Of a DNA stretch of 64,000 bases, positions 53,632 through 64,000 are shown piece after piece (within the stretch, counting starts at the first letter, position 1; each line of letters opens with the position of its first letter). Below the pieces are notes generated by a model. The model was not told the origin of the DNA, searched no databases, and saw nothing but the letters and a program-made list of their open reading frames with translations. A program made the position numbers and the translations under genes. This stretch comes from an uncultured Planctomycetota bacterium (lineage in GTDB: Bacteria; Planctomycetota; Planctomycetia; Isosphaerales; Isosphaeraceae): NCBI GenBank assembly GCA_963823665.1, contig CAWGMQ010000003.1:1248001-1312000 (forward strand), in the 5' to 3' direction.

Positions 53632-56600
53632 ATGGACAACGGGAAGTTAGCGCCAAAACTGCGAAATGAGATCCGCTCGCTCTGGAGTGTCGGAGCGCTG
53701 GGTCTCGGCGCAGACCCAGACTTGCTGGAGAACTACATTCAGGGAGGTGACAGAGCCGAGTTGGCTTTCGCCGCACTGGTCGAGCGACATAGGCGGACCG
53801 TGCTCCAGATTTGCCGGAACGTACTGGGCGATTGCCACCTCGCGGCAGACTCGTTTCAGGTGACGTTCCTGATCCTGGCGCGCCGGGCAGATTCCATTCG
53901 TGATCCCACCTCGCTGGAACACTGGCTCCATCGCGTGGCGCGACGGGTCGCCATCCGAGCGCGGGCCGCCGCGGACCGTAGGAAACTCGGGCAATTCTCC
54001 GAGTCCGCGGAGATACCGGTCAACCACGGTAACCCACTCGAACACGACGAGATTCGTGCGATTGTCCGCGAAGAGATCGATCGTCTCGACGACGCCCTGC
54101 GCAACCCGATCATGCTATGCGCCCTCGAGGGCCTGACGCACGAGGAGGCCGCAAAGCGGCTCCAATGGCCGGTCGGAACCGTCAAGAGCCGGCTGGTGCG
54201 CGGCCGCCGCCAATTGAAAAGCCGCCTGGCGCGACGCGGGCTCGCGCCCGCAGTCGCGTTCGCCATCGCCGGCCCAGCTCGAGCGTCGACTTTGGTCACG
54301 ACTCCGCGCGTGCTGGCGGCGGCCACGACCCGCGTTGTGTTCGGCGGTCCGGCCGGCGCGGCGCGTTCACGACTTCGGCAGCCTGGCTGCTCGGGCAGGA
54401 GCTCAGGGCGATGACGTTCGCGAAGTTCAAGATTGCTGCCGCAACCTTCACGGGCGGCGTCGCGGTCATGTTGTTCGGCGTTGCCATGGCCGGCCCGTTC
54501 GGACAGCACCGTCCACCGCTCGCGGCTCAATCGCCCGGTGCCACGGAGATTGCGGCCAGATCGACGAGGTCGCATAAATCCCCGCAAGACAAAGACCAGA
54601 ACGAGAACGTTGGGGCTGCGGTCAAGCTTGCGGCTCATGGGCACGTCGTGGATGCGGCCGGCCGGCCGGTCGCCGGCGCGAGTGTGTTCATCCGGGAGTG
54701 GGCAATTCTGCGCACCACCGAGACAACGGCGGACGAGAGTGAAGAGCGGCTCCGCGGCGCGGAGATCGCTGACATCCTGGGCCAGACCACGACCGGCAAC
54801 GACGGTCGATTTCAGTTCCAGAATGTGGCCGCGCCGGCGTTTCGTTACATCGGCCCCCTCGGCAAGGGTTATTACCCGTGGGATCTCGTGGCGATTGCAC
54901 CCGGCCACGGCCTGGCGTGGACACGCCTCACGAACGCGAACCAGCGAACCGAGATCGCACTGAAGCTTCCTGTCGAGGGGATCCTGCGCGGCCGCCTGGT
55001 CGAGACCCAGGGCCGGCCGATCGCCGCGGCGCGGATCAAGGTTTTCGCAGTCTATCCACTCGGGTACCTGAATCCGAGACTGCACGATGACCCCGCACAC
55101 CTGGACCTGACCTGGTCGTCGATTCCACTCCTGGCGACGACCGGGCCGGACGGAACCTTCACGCTGCGCGGCCTGCCGGCGCGATTCAGACCTGCCTGGT
55201 CATCACCGAGCCGCACCACGAGCGCAAGGTCATTTACGCCGCAACGACGAGCACGCCACAGCTAGCCGTATCCAGCGATCCGGGCCAGCGAAGCGTCGAG
55301 AGTGATCGCGTTTATCCCGAGGAGTTCACACTCACGCTCAAATCGACTGACCGTCGCCTTGTCGGCCATGTCGTGCTCGACGCGACCGGCAAGCCGGCCG
55401 CGTGGGCAGAGGTGAGCTTGAATCACCGCCGCAAAGTCACCGCAGACGCGGACGGCAAATTCGTGCTCGAGAGCCTCCCGGCGGGGGATATTGAGATGGA
55501 ACTGGGGGCGCCCACGATGGACGCGGCTCCGGTCAGCGCGCTTGTGAAGATTCCGGAGAGCAGCGGAACCACCGACCAGACCTTCAGGCTGCCGCCGGCA
55601 ATGGTGCTCTGCGGCCGGGTTGTCGATGCCGAGTCCGGCGCCGGCATCAGCGACGCCGTTTTGACGTACCGGGCTCGGCTCGAGCCAGGCCAGGAGCCCA
55701 CCGAAATCACTTTCGCCGCCACGACCACGGCCGGTGGCCGTTTTCGGCTCGCTGCGCCGCCAGGACGCGGCGTGCTCGAGATCCGGGAGCTTCCCGCGCT
55801 GTACCCGATCCCACGGGTCGTCAGGAGAGGCTCGAATATCGCGGCGACGTTCACTCGCGAACTCGGCGGAAAGGCCTGTGATAAAGTCGATGTTCCGAGC
55901 TTTCGACTGAATCGAGGAAAGCCCGTTGCGATCGTGGTGCGTGACCCGGAAGGCCGCCCCGTCGTGGGGGCGGGTGTCGCCGGTGTCAATCTCGGCCCGG
56001 TTCAACCGGCGGCGCGGACCGACGCCCAGGGACGGTGCGAACTGTACAACCTGGATCGCGAGAACGGATTCACGCTGGATGTAACCGATCCGACCAGGCC
56101 GCTCGGACGCCGAGTGGCCGTAGGGCCAGACGCTCCCGACAACGCGAACTCTGATGGCACGATCGAAGTCAAGCTCGAGCCGTGCGGATCGCTCATCGGC
56201 CGGGTGCTCGACATCGACGGCCGCCCGACGACGTTTGCAGTGGCCCGACTCTGGGCAGTCATCGAGTACCCCACTTCGGGGCGACGCATGCTACCCACGA
56301 CGGTCGATGTTCAAGACGACGGCACGTTCAAGTGCGGTCGCCTCATCGCGGGGGTAAGCTATCGCATCAACATCCTGGACGACGACCACGTGACCTGGCT
56401 CGGTGATCCGATCAGGGCGAGACCAGGCGATATTCAAAACCTTGGAGAGATCCGGCTGCCGTGCGCCGACCAGCAAGCTAGCGGTGTCGTTGTCGACGCG
56501 CGCGGTCGCGGGGTCGGCTGGGCGACTGTCGGATTCGAGCGCGATTCTGGCCGAGACAAGACCAGTCCCCCGACGGGCTCCCATTGGTTCCTCGAAACCG

Positions 56601-56782
56601 ATGGGCACGGGCGATTCCGCCTGAGCGGCCTGCCGACGGGCACAATCAACTTACTCGCCTACCGGCGTCGCGATGGCGATCGCTCGGATCGACAGACGAT
56701 TCACGTCCAGGCCCACGCCGGCGCAACCGACGTCAGGATCGTTCTGCCCGACATCGACGACCGGCTTCGAGGCGTCGAATGA
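53632..56782 (+). CDS. ECF sigma factor with TM and long extracytoplasmic extension (carboxypeptidase-regulatory-like repeats); several frameshifts
   Basis: AFAALVERH...FQVTFLILAR...WPVGTVKSRLVRGR, TM near 54450, then repeated G.VVD..G.PVAGA / TD..GRF modules. Joins ORFs 53632-54414, 54117-55265 and 55373-56782. Confidence 0.85.
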
Positions 56783-57010
56783 ATCACTCAGGCGGTTCTT
56801 CGGGTGCTCAATCCAGAAATACAAGATTCTGCATGGACTGTGCCTGGTGCTCGTTGTTCATGAGCACCAGATTCCAGCCGTGCAAGACGATCGTGCTCTG
56901 GCTCATCGGGGTATGGCATGCTGAGCGGAGCTTGATCGATTGCGCGGGAAGGGTTCTCGGGGCATACTGGGCCGCAAACAGCGTGTTGGCCTTGGTGCTC
57001 CTCTATCTGT

Positions 57011-57196
57011 TCATGGTCTAGGTCGTTGGAAAAGGTCAACGAACAGCATTTCAAGGAGCTGGATGCCCTCTTCATCCTGGACGACTATCGAGGCCCGTCT
57101 GGGATCGCAGGAAGCGTTTTCCTGATGTTTGACCGTAAAGGACTGACCGCTCGCGAGCTTGACGAGGAGTGGTGTGAACGGGCGAGCGGTGTGCAC
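57011..57196 (-). CDS. Small hypothetical protein
   Basis: ARPFTPLLVKLASGQSFTVKH.E resembles a small planctomycete protein family; start uncertain. Confidence 0.4.
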   Translation of the reverse strand: MHTARPFTPLLVKLASGQSFTVKHQENASCDPRRASIVVQDEEGIQLLEMLFVDLFQRPRP

Positions 57197-57229
57197 ATGG
57201 ATGTTACGTCCGCACCGATGCCGCGAGCC

Positions 57230-57478
57230 TCACGACCGGAAGATCTCTTGCCCGACTTGCTCCCGCAGAGCGTGGAGTTCACACGAGATGCTGCCGTAGA
57301 AGAGCTCGCCCGCGGCGAGCACCAGCGAGCAAACGGCGCCGACGGCGAACACGGCCAGTAGCGCTGGCAACAAATAAAGGCCGAGACCGACCTGAATCAG
57401 GTGACCGGGTAACAGCGCCAGCGCCGGTATGATGTGTATCATCGTGAATGCACTCTCTCCGTTCGGTGAAGGCTGCAC
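57230..57478 (-). CDS. Small membrane protein
   Basis: Long hydrophobic stretch GLGLYLLPALLAVFAVGAVCSLVL. Confidence 0.4.
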   Translation of the reverse strand: MQPSPNGESAFTMIHIIPALALLPGHLIQVGLGLYLLPALLAVFAVGAVCSLVLAAGELFYGSISCELHALREQVGQEIFRS

Positions 57479-57517
57479 TTTGAACTAATCCCGCAGAGGC
57501 GTGCGATGCGGACGAGA

Positions 57518-58896
57518 TCACGCCATGATCTCGCTCACGACCTGGCCAGCCACGTCCGTCAGCCGGAAATCACGTCCAGCATAAGGATAGGTGAGCCGTC
57601 GATGATCGAGGCCCAGAAGCGCCAGCAGCGTGGCATGGAGGTCGTTGGTGTGCATGCGGCCCTCGACGGTGCGCATACCAAATTCGTCGGTGGCACCATA
57701 CGAGAATCCCTGCTTGATGCCGGCGCCGGCGAGCCACATGGTATAGCCGGTGATGTTGTGGTCGCGGCCGTCCTGACCCTGCGAAGTCGGCTGGCGCCCG
57801 AACTCGCTGCCGAACAAGACGAGTGTCTCCGCGAGCAGGCCCCGCTGCTCGAGGTCGGCCAGAAGGGCGGCGGTCGGCTGGTCGACGGAAGCGCAGCGGT
57901 CGATCAACCCGTTGTGAAGGTTATTGTGATGGTCCCAACCGGGCTGGCAGATCTCGACGAATCGCACGCCAGCCTCGGAAAGCCGCCGGGCCATCACGCA
58001 CTGGCGCGAAACGCGCCTGCCGGACCGGGCTTCACGCCGTACGCGTCGAGCACCGCCTGCGGCTCGCGGGAGATGTCGAGCAGCTCCGGTACCTTCCCCT
58101 GCATGCGGAACGCCAGCTCGTATGATTCGATGATGCCGTCAAGCTCTTCCGGCGCGCCCGGGGAGTCCGCGCTGTTGCGGTTCATCGCCTGGATCAGCTC
58201 GAGCTGCCTGCGCTGTTGTTTGGCCGCGATCTGCGGCTTCAGATTGGGCACGTATCCTTGATCGTTGATGCGCGTGCCCTGGAAGTGAGCGGGAAGAAAT
58301 GCGCTTCCGTAGTTCACCGCGCCGCCGAAGTTGGGCGGTGGGTTGATGGTGACGTAGCCGGGGAGGTCCTGGTTCTCGGTTCCCAGGCCATAGAGAAGCC
58401 ACGCCCCCATGCTCGGCCGGGTGAGCGCGGCATTGGCGCTGCCGGTGTGCAACTGAACCACTGCCTGGGGATGGGCCGGCGTGTCGGTGTAGAGGCCGCG
58501 TAGCCAGCAGAGCTTGTCGGCATGGACGGCCATGTGAGGCATGAGCTCGGAGAACCACGTTCCCGACTCGCCGTGCTGCCGAAAACCGAACTTCGAGGCA
58601 GTGAGGGTTCCGCCGCCCGGGCCTGGTTTCCCGCCATTAAGCTGAAGCTGCGGCTTGTACTCGAACGTGTCCATCTGCGAGATCGCGCCTTGCATGAACA
58701 GAAAGATGATCCTGGTCGCCTTCGGCTTGAAGTGGGGCGGTTTCGCGGCGAGCGGCTGTGACGCTCGAGCGCCGGAGGCACGCGTTGCGGCCTGCCCGAG
58801 CATGCCCGCCAGCGCCAATTGGCCGAAACCCGCGCCGGCGCACCGGAGAACCTGGCGACGTGAGAGTGGAAACTCGGTCCGATCGGCAGCAAACAC
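57518..58896 (-). CDS. DUF1501 family protein; frameshift near 58010
   Basis: SRRQVL, IFLFMQGAISQMDTF, WDHH, SEFGR, GRDH, DLHATLL. Confidence 0.9.
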
Positions 58897-58940
58897 GTGA
58901 CTCTCCTTGGATAGAACCCATTCTGATGATCGCGGACACG

Positions 58941-61548
58941 TCACCTGACGTAGCGGAACTCGGCCGTGCCGAAGAGCGCCTGCGCCAGTGCGAGCCAGGC
59001 TTCGGTGCGGGCATCTGCCGCTCGCACCGTAGGCAGAGCGATCGGCTCACCTGTCTGGTCGGCCTCATCCGGGTTTTCAGGTCGAGGTTTGGGTTTGGCC
59101 TGCGCCTCGGGCGTGGCGGCGATTGCGACCTGCGGTTCTCCATCGCCGTCGCCGTCGAGCTCGGCCTGGGCTGCCTGGTATTCCGTCAGGAAGACCCGGC
59201 TGCGCTGGGTGTCGCCCTCGGTCGGCGAGCGTCCCAGAACCAGGCGGTAAAGCGTCCGAAGGCGGTCTTCGTCCGTCGCCTTCTGGTCGAGGAGCCGTTC
59301 GGCCAGGGCCAGCGCCTGCCCACGAACGAACGGCGAGTTCAGCAGATAGAGGGCCTGGCCGGGCACCGTCGTGACCTGCCGCGCTCCGGTGACCAGTGTC
59401 TGATCGACGGGATCAAATGCCTCGAGCGGTCGCGGCGTGATACCCCGCAGCAGCGGCAGGTAGACGCTGCGCTCCCTGCTCGCATCGGCGTTCTCCAAGA
59501 TCGCGCGGGCTTCCGGGCCGTTGTCGCGGATTTCAACCATCTTCAGGTCGTGCATCGGCGAGGCGGCGTGCCGTTGCAGTTTGAGGCCGCCGGAGGCAGC
59601 GAGCATCGCGTCGCGAAGCTCCGCCGAATCAAGCCGGCGCGGGCTGTGCCGCCAGACGAGCGAATTCGCCGGATCGGTGCTGAGATGCTTCGGCGTAGCC
59701 TTCGAGCCGAGTTGATATGTCCGGCTCAAGACGATCGCTCGCACCAGTCGCTTGATCGACCATCCATCGCGGATGAAGCGTGTCGCGAGGTGGTCGAGCA
59801 GCTCCGGATTTGATGGCGGATCCCCTGTTGTTCCGAAGTTGTCGACGGTCGAAACCATCCCCCGGCCGAAGAGGTGGTACCACACGCGGTTGACAATCAC
59901 CCTCGGGGTAAGCGGGTTACGCGCACTGGTGAGCCAACCGGCCAGCTCCAATCGACCACTCTGCTTCGCATTCACGCCAGGGACGCCGGGAACGTCGAAG
60001 GCCGTCATGAACCCTCGCGGCACCATCGGCCCGAGCTTCTCCGCCTGACCGCGAATGCGGATCTCGGTGTCACCGATCTCCTTCGAATCCCTGGCGCCGT
60101 GCACCGCAAGGCCGCGGGCCGCCGGATCAGTCAACGCGAGTGACTCAGCGCGCAGCCGTTCGTACTCCACGCGGTATCGCCGTTGCACTGGAAGGCCGTT
60201 CGGACCTTTCGCCAGCCCCTCCGGCGTACCGCGGATCGCATCCCAGGCCTTCTTGGCCTCGGCGACCTTGGCATCGAGCGCGCGAACCTCTTGCTCAGGC
60301 GGCGGGAGGACATCGCCCGAGAGCCGCACCAGCATCGACGGATCGTAGTATTCGAGCCCGCCGCCGCCCATCTTGCTGCGCACGCCGGCACAGTTGTCGG
60401 TACTGGTGAATATGCCGGCCAGCGCGTAGTAGTCGGCGGTCGGGATCGGGTCGAACTTGTGATCGTGGCAGCGCGCAGGTAACCGTCAGGGCGAGGACCG
60501 ACCGACTGACGGCGTCGATCTGGTCGTCGACGTTGTCCATCACGAATCGCACCTTGAACCGCTGGTTCACATCCTTGACTCCGAGGGAAAGAAAGCCCGT
60601 GGCGGTAAGCAGCCGGTCTCGCTCGCCGGGCGAGGAAGCGGCAAGCAGGTCGCCGGCGATCTGCTCCTTGACGAATCGATCGAACGGCACGTCGGCGTTC
60701 ACCGCATCGATGACGTAGTCGCGGTACTTCCAGGCGTGCGGATACGGAATATTCCGCGAAGGGCCGGTCGAATCCGCGTATCGCGCCACGTCCAGCCAGT
60801 GCTGGCCCCAGCGCTCGCCGAACTGCGGAGAAGCGATCAGGCCGTCCACTAGCCGGGCAAAAGCGCCAGGCAGGTCGTCGCTCCGAAATGCATCGAGCTC
60901 GCCGGGGTCCGGCGGCAGTCCCGTCAGGTCGAACCTGACTCGGCGCAGCAGCGTGGCGCGGTCAGCATCCTCGACCGGGTCGAGCCCTGCTTCCTCGAGC
61001 CCGGCCAGCACGAACCGATCGAGCTCGTCCCTCGGCCATGAAGGCTTGCTCACGGCGGGAGGCTCAGGATTTGAAAGGGGCTGCCAGGCCCAGTGCTCTC
61101 TCTTGAGAGGTTCGTACCATTCGTGTGCCTGGCCGAGCGATGCGGGAACCTTCGCCGGCGGCCAGGGTGCTCCGTCGCTGATCCAGCGCGAGAGCGCAGC
61201 GATCTGCTCATCTGTCAGAGGTTGCCCCTCCTTGGGCATCCGCTTGTTCGAGCTCTTGTGTTTCACGCGCTCGAGCAACAGGCTTGCCTCCGGTTTGCCC
61301 GGCACCACGGCCGGCCCGCTGTTTCCGCCGGCGAGCAAGCCGTTGCGATCGTCCACCCGGAGACCGCCCGAGGGCTTGGTGTCGGCCGAATGACACGTGT
61401 AGCAATGGTCGACCAGGATCGGCCGGACTGTCGTCTCGAACCGCTCGAGGTCCGTGCCGCGCTCGCCCGGAGCGTCGGCAAATGCCACCGGTACCATGCA
61501 GATAGTCACCGCCGCGAGCCGGGCGAGGAAGCGTGTTATTGAGGTCAT
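58941..61548 (-). CDS. Planctomycete cytochrome c (PSCyt1) / DUF1549 / DUF1553 protein; frameshift near 60475
   Basis: CYTCH, HWAWQP, ERWGQHWLDVARYADS, NPLTPRVIVNRVW, QALYLLNSPFV. Confidence 0.92.
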
Positions 61549-61594
61549 GAGTCAACCACTTTGATCGTGAAATCAATCCAAGGGAAAGGCCGTC

Positions 61595-62994
61595 TCACTG
61601 CGAAGCACGGGCGACTTGCCGGCCCGGCCGCCACAGCGGGTCTTTGAGCTCGGCAGCCCAGGAGTTCCACAAGGACTGGAGCTCCGCGACCTTCTCCGGA
61701 CGCGCAGCCGCCAGATCCTCCTTCTCGCCCAGGTCGCGAGCCAGGTTGTACAGCCGCGGCTGTGTCACTTTCGCCTCGGTGCGTGCGTCAGACCGCGCAT
61801 TCGCTTCGTCGACAGTCCGGTCGTAGCGCACGAGCTTCCAGTCTCCCCGGCGAATGGCGGTCTGCTCGCCCAGCCGCCAGTAGAGCGCGTCGTGCGGCGT
61901 GCCAGAGAATTCGCCCTTCACGTAGGGAAGGAGGTTGACGCCGTCGAGCTTCCAATCCGGCAGAGCCTTGACCCCGGCCGCGGCCAGGACCGTCGGCAAA
62001 ACGTCGAGCTGGATCACGGGCTGTTCGTAGACGACTCCTTCCGGAAGCGACCCCTTCCAGCTCAGCACGAACGGCACGCGAATCCCCCCCTCGAGCGTGG
62101 TTCGTTTCGAGCCGCGCAGCGGGTCGTTGCGTGAAGCGTTGATCGTCGTGCCCGGCATGGTGGGTCCGCCGTTATCGCTCAGGAACACGATCAGCGTATC
62201 GCGCTCGAGCCCCGCCGTGCGCAGAGCCTCAAGCACCTTACCCACGCCTTCGTCCAGGGCGGTGAGCATCGCGGCATACGTCCGCCGCGACGGGTCGGTG
62301 ACGGATTCGAACCGGCGCAGGCGCTCGTCACTGGCGTGCATCGGGGTGTGAACCGCGTTGAACGCGAGATAGAGCAAGAACGGGTCGTGTTTGTGCCGCT
62401 CGACGAACGACACGGCTTCGCGAGCGAAGGCATCCGTCAGGTACTCGTGCTCCACGACGGGCTCGGCTCCGCGGTAGATCGGTGCGCCCTGGCCCGCGAA
62501 ATAAGGATGGGCACCGCCCAGGAAGCCGAAGAACTCGTCAAAGCCCCGGCGCTGCGGTTGAAACCGCGGGCGCCCCCCAGATGCCACTTGCCGACGATTC
62601 CGGTCACGTAGCCGGCCGCCTTGAGCCGGTCGGCGATCGTGGTTTCCGAAAGCGGCAGGCCGAAGCTCTCGGAATCGATTCCGCCGGGATTGAACTCATG
62701 GCCGAACCGCTGCTGGTAGCGGCCGGTCATCAGGCCTGCGCGGGTGGGGCTGCAATACGGCCCTGAAACGTAGCCGCTCGAACAGCGCACACCGCTCCGC
62801 GCCAGCGAGTCGAGGCTCGGGGTCGGGATATCGCGGCAGCCGTGGAAACCCACGTCGGCGTACCCGTGGTCGTCGGAAAGGATGATCAGGATGTTCGGCT
62901 TTCGTGGCTCGGCCGCAAGGCCGGCACCCGGCACGAGCAAGATCGCCGTCGACAGCGCGGCAATCGCGGACAGCAGCTTCAGATTCGAGCTCAT
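61595..62994 (-). CDS. Sulfatase (Cys-type, arylsulfatase-like); frameshift near 62575
   Basis: PNILIILSDDHGY, CSPTRAGLMTGRY, GKWHLG, SDNGG, EGGIRVP. Confidence 0.93.
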
Positions 62995-63046
62995 TCTCAC
63001 GGTTGGTCCCTCTCTCTCTCTTGCAAGCACAGCGCCGGCGCCCGAA

Positions 63047-64000
63047 TCAGTAGCTGTCCGAGCTGATGACTTCGCCGCTCGCTCGGGTTCCCAGGGCCCA
63101 CCAGGCCGCCTGGTTGATCGAGTTCTTCACGAACTTGACACTCCCATCACCCATCAAAATATTCACGCCGCCCGGGTGGTTGCTGTTCGCAGTGACTAGC
63201 TCGGCGTCGCCGATGGCGGCACTGGAGCAGTAGCCCCACGGGAACAACTCGGTGTTGGGCGGCAACACGGTGTTAAACATCGTCTGGGCCTGGGTGCCAT
63301 GAAACCAGTAATTGCCGCGGGCCGTATTCAGCGTGCCCGAGCGATTGTTCCAGGCCGTGTTGCAAGCTTGCGCTCCGGCCTGGACGGAGGGCCAGCTCGA
63401 TGAGACGTCGAGTACCTGCGCCGCGACCGGCAGCGATGAAAGCTGAATGATCCCTGCCGCACGTGTCCAGGAGGTCGAGCTGTCGCCGACCAGTGCCTCG
63501 GAAAACGCGATCGTATTCGACGTGCCGTCTGTGCAGTGCTGAATGCCGTACGATCGCCAGAAGGTGAAGAGCCCCGTGCTGCCGGTTGTGGTCTGCGTAA
63601 CCGCCGTGATCGTGGTCGTACCGAAGCTGTCGACGTAGCTGTTCAGGTTCGTTATGCCCGCGTTGGGGTCGGATGGGCAGAGAAACTCGTTGACCTTGGT
63701 GAGATAGACCGTGCTCTGAATAGGCCCGCACGTGTGGCCCACGAACATTCCCCAGTTGAAGTTGATCGCGTTGTAAAGGGGCGTCTCTCCAAGGTAGCCG
63801 AGAAGCTGGCCATGGGCGCTGACGCCGTGCTCGGCCTGGTAAACTCCCAGGTCGACCATGTTCTTCGACGAACCCATCGGGAACACATTATTCGCGGTGT
63901 GGTAATTGTGCAGCGCGATCCCGATCTGCTTGAGATTGTTGGTGCACTGAATCCGCCTCGCCGCCTCCCGCGCTGCCTGCACGGCGGGCAAGAGCAGCGC
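63047..64000 (-). CDS. DUF1559 (prepilin-type / H-X9-DG) protein, 5'-partial
   Basis: [53 protein letters not shown]. Confidence 0.95.
   Translation of the reverse strand, partial: ALLLPAVQAAREAARRIQCTNNLKQIGIALHNYHTANNVFPMGSSKNMVDLGVYQAEHGVSAHGQLLGYLGETPLYNAINFNWGMFVGHTCGPIQSTVYLTKVNEFLCPSDPNAGITNLNSYVDSFGTTTITAVTQTTTGSTGLFTFWRSYGIQHCTDGTSNTIAFSEALVGDSSTSWTRAAGIIQLSSLPVAAQVLDVSSSWPSVQAGAQACNTAWNNRSGTLNTARGNYWFHGTQAQTMFNTVLPPNTELFPWGYCSSAAIGDAELVTANSNHPGGVNILMGDGSVKFVKNSINQAAWWALGTRASGEVISSDSY

Noticed and set aside
56788..57075. Possible second small gene downstream of 57011-57196
   Set aside because: Internal stops and no recognisable motif; at most a decayed remnant.
795..62994. Single frameshifts in many genes (kinase, esterase, S8, outer IEP, STAND, ECF, DUF1501, PSD1, sulfatase) as pseudogenes or programmed frameshifting
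   Set aside because: They are scattered across unrelated genes, often at short homopolymer or GC runs, and domains are otherwise intact. Long-read indel errors explain them best.

Overview
High-GC Planctomycetota DNA, probably Isosphaeraceae/Singulisphaera-like. The lineage is inferred from DUF1501, DUF1549/1553, DUF1552/1592 and DUF1559 genes, a sulfatase and ECF sigma/Ser-Thr kinase genes. Many genes carry single-base frameshifts typical of uncorrected long-read assembly, so split ORFs are mostly treated as single genes. The standout structure is a three-tier nest on the minus strand at 13.4-20.9 kb. (1) An endonuclease-less group II intron (13428-17857) sits in a short dispersed motif, GGGTGTCT^GGAATCCC, which its EBS1 (AGACAC) matches. 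(2) A second, HNH-encoding group II intron (13461-15880) sits inside domain VI of the first, and its EBS1/EBS2 pair with the host's domain V/VI junction, so it appears to home into other introns. (3) The GGGTGTCT motif recurs at the breakpoints of a patchwork of gene fragments (RelE, DUF433, NCS1, a 20-nt intron stub). Downstream is a candidate defence/conflict operon: an intact SIR2-like gene, a catalytically degenerate SIR2-like gene and an nSTAND1-TM-WD40 gene. The window also holds a RedB/RedC-like kinase-diguanylate cyclase-GT2 cluster, several toxin-antitoxin modules, a putative ADP-ribosyltransferase three-gene insert splitting a DUF1592/DUF1552 pair, coaD, and several esterases/hydrolases. 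No rRNA, tRNA or CRISPR array was seen.
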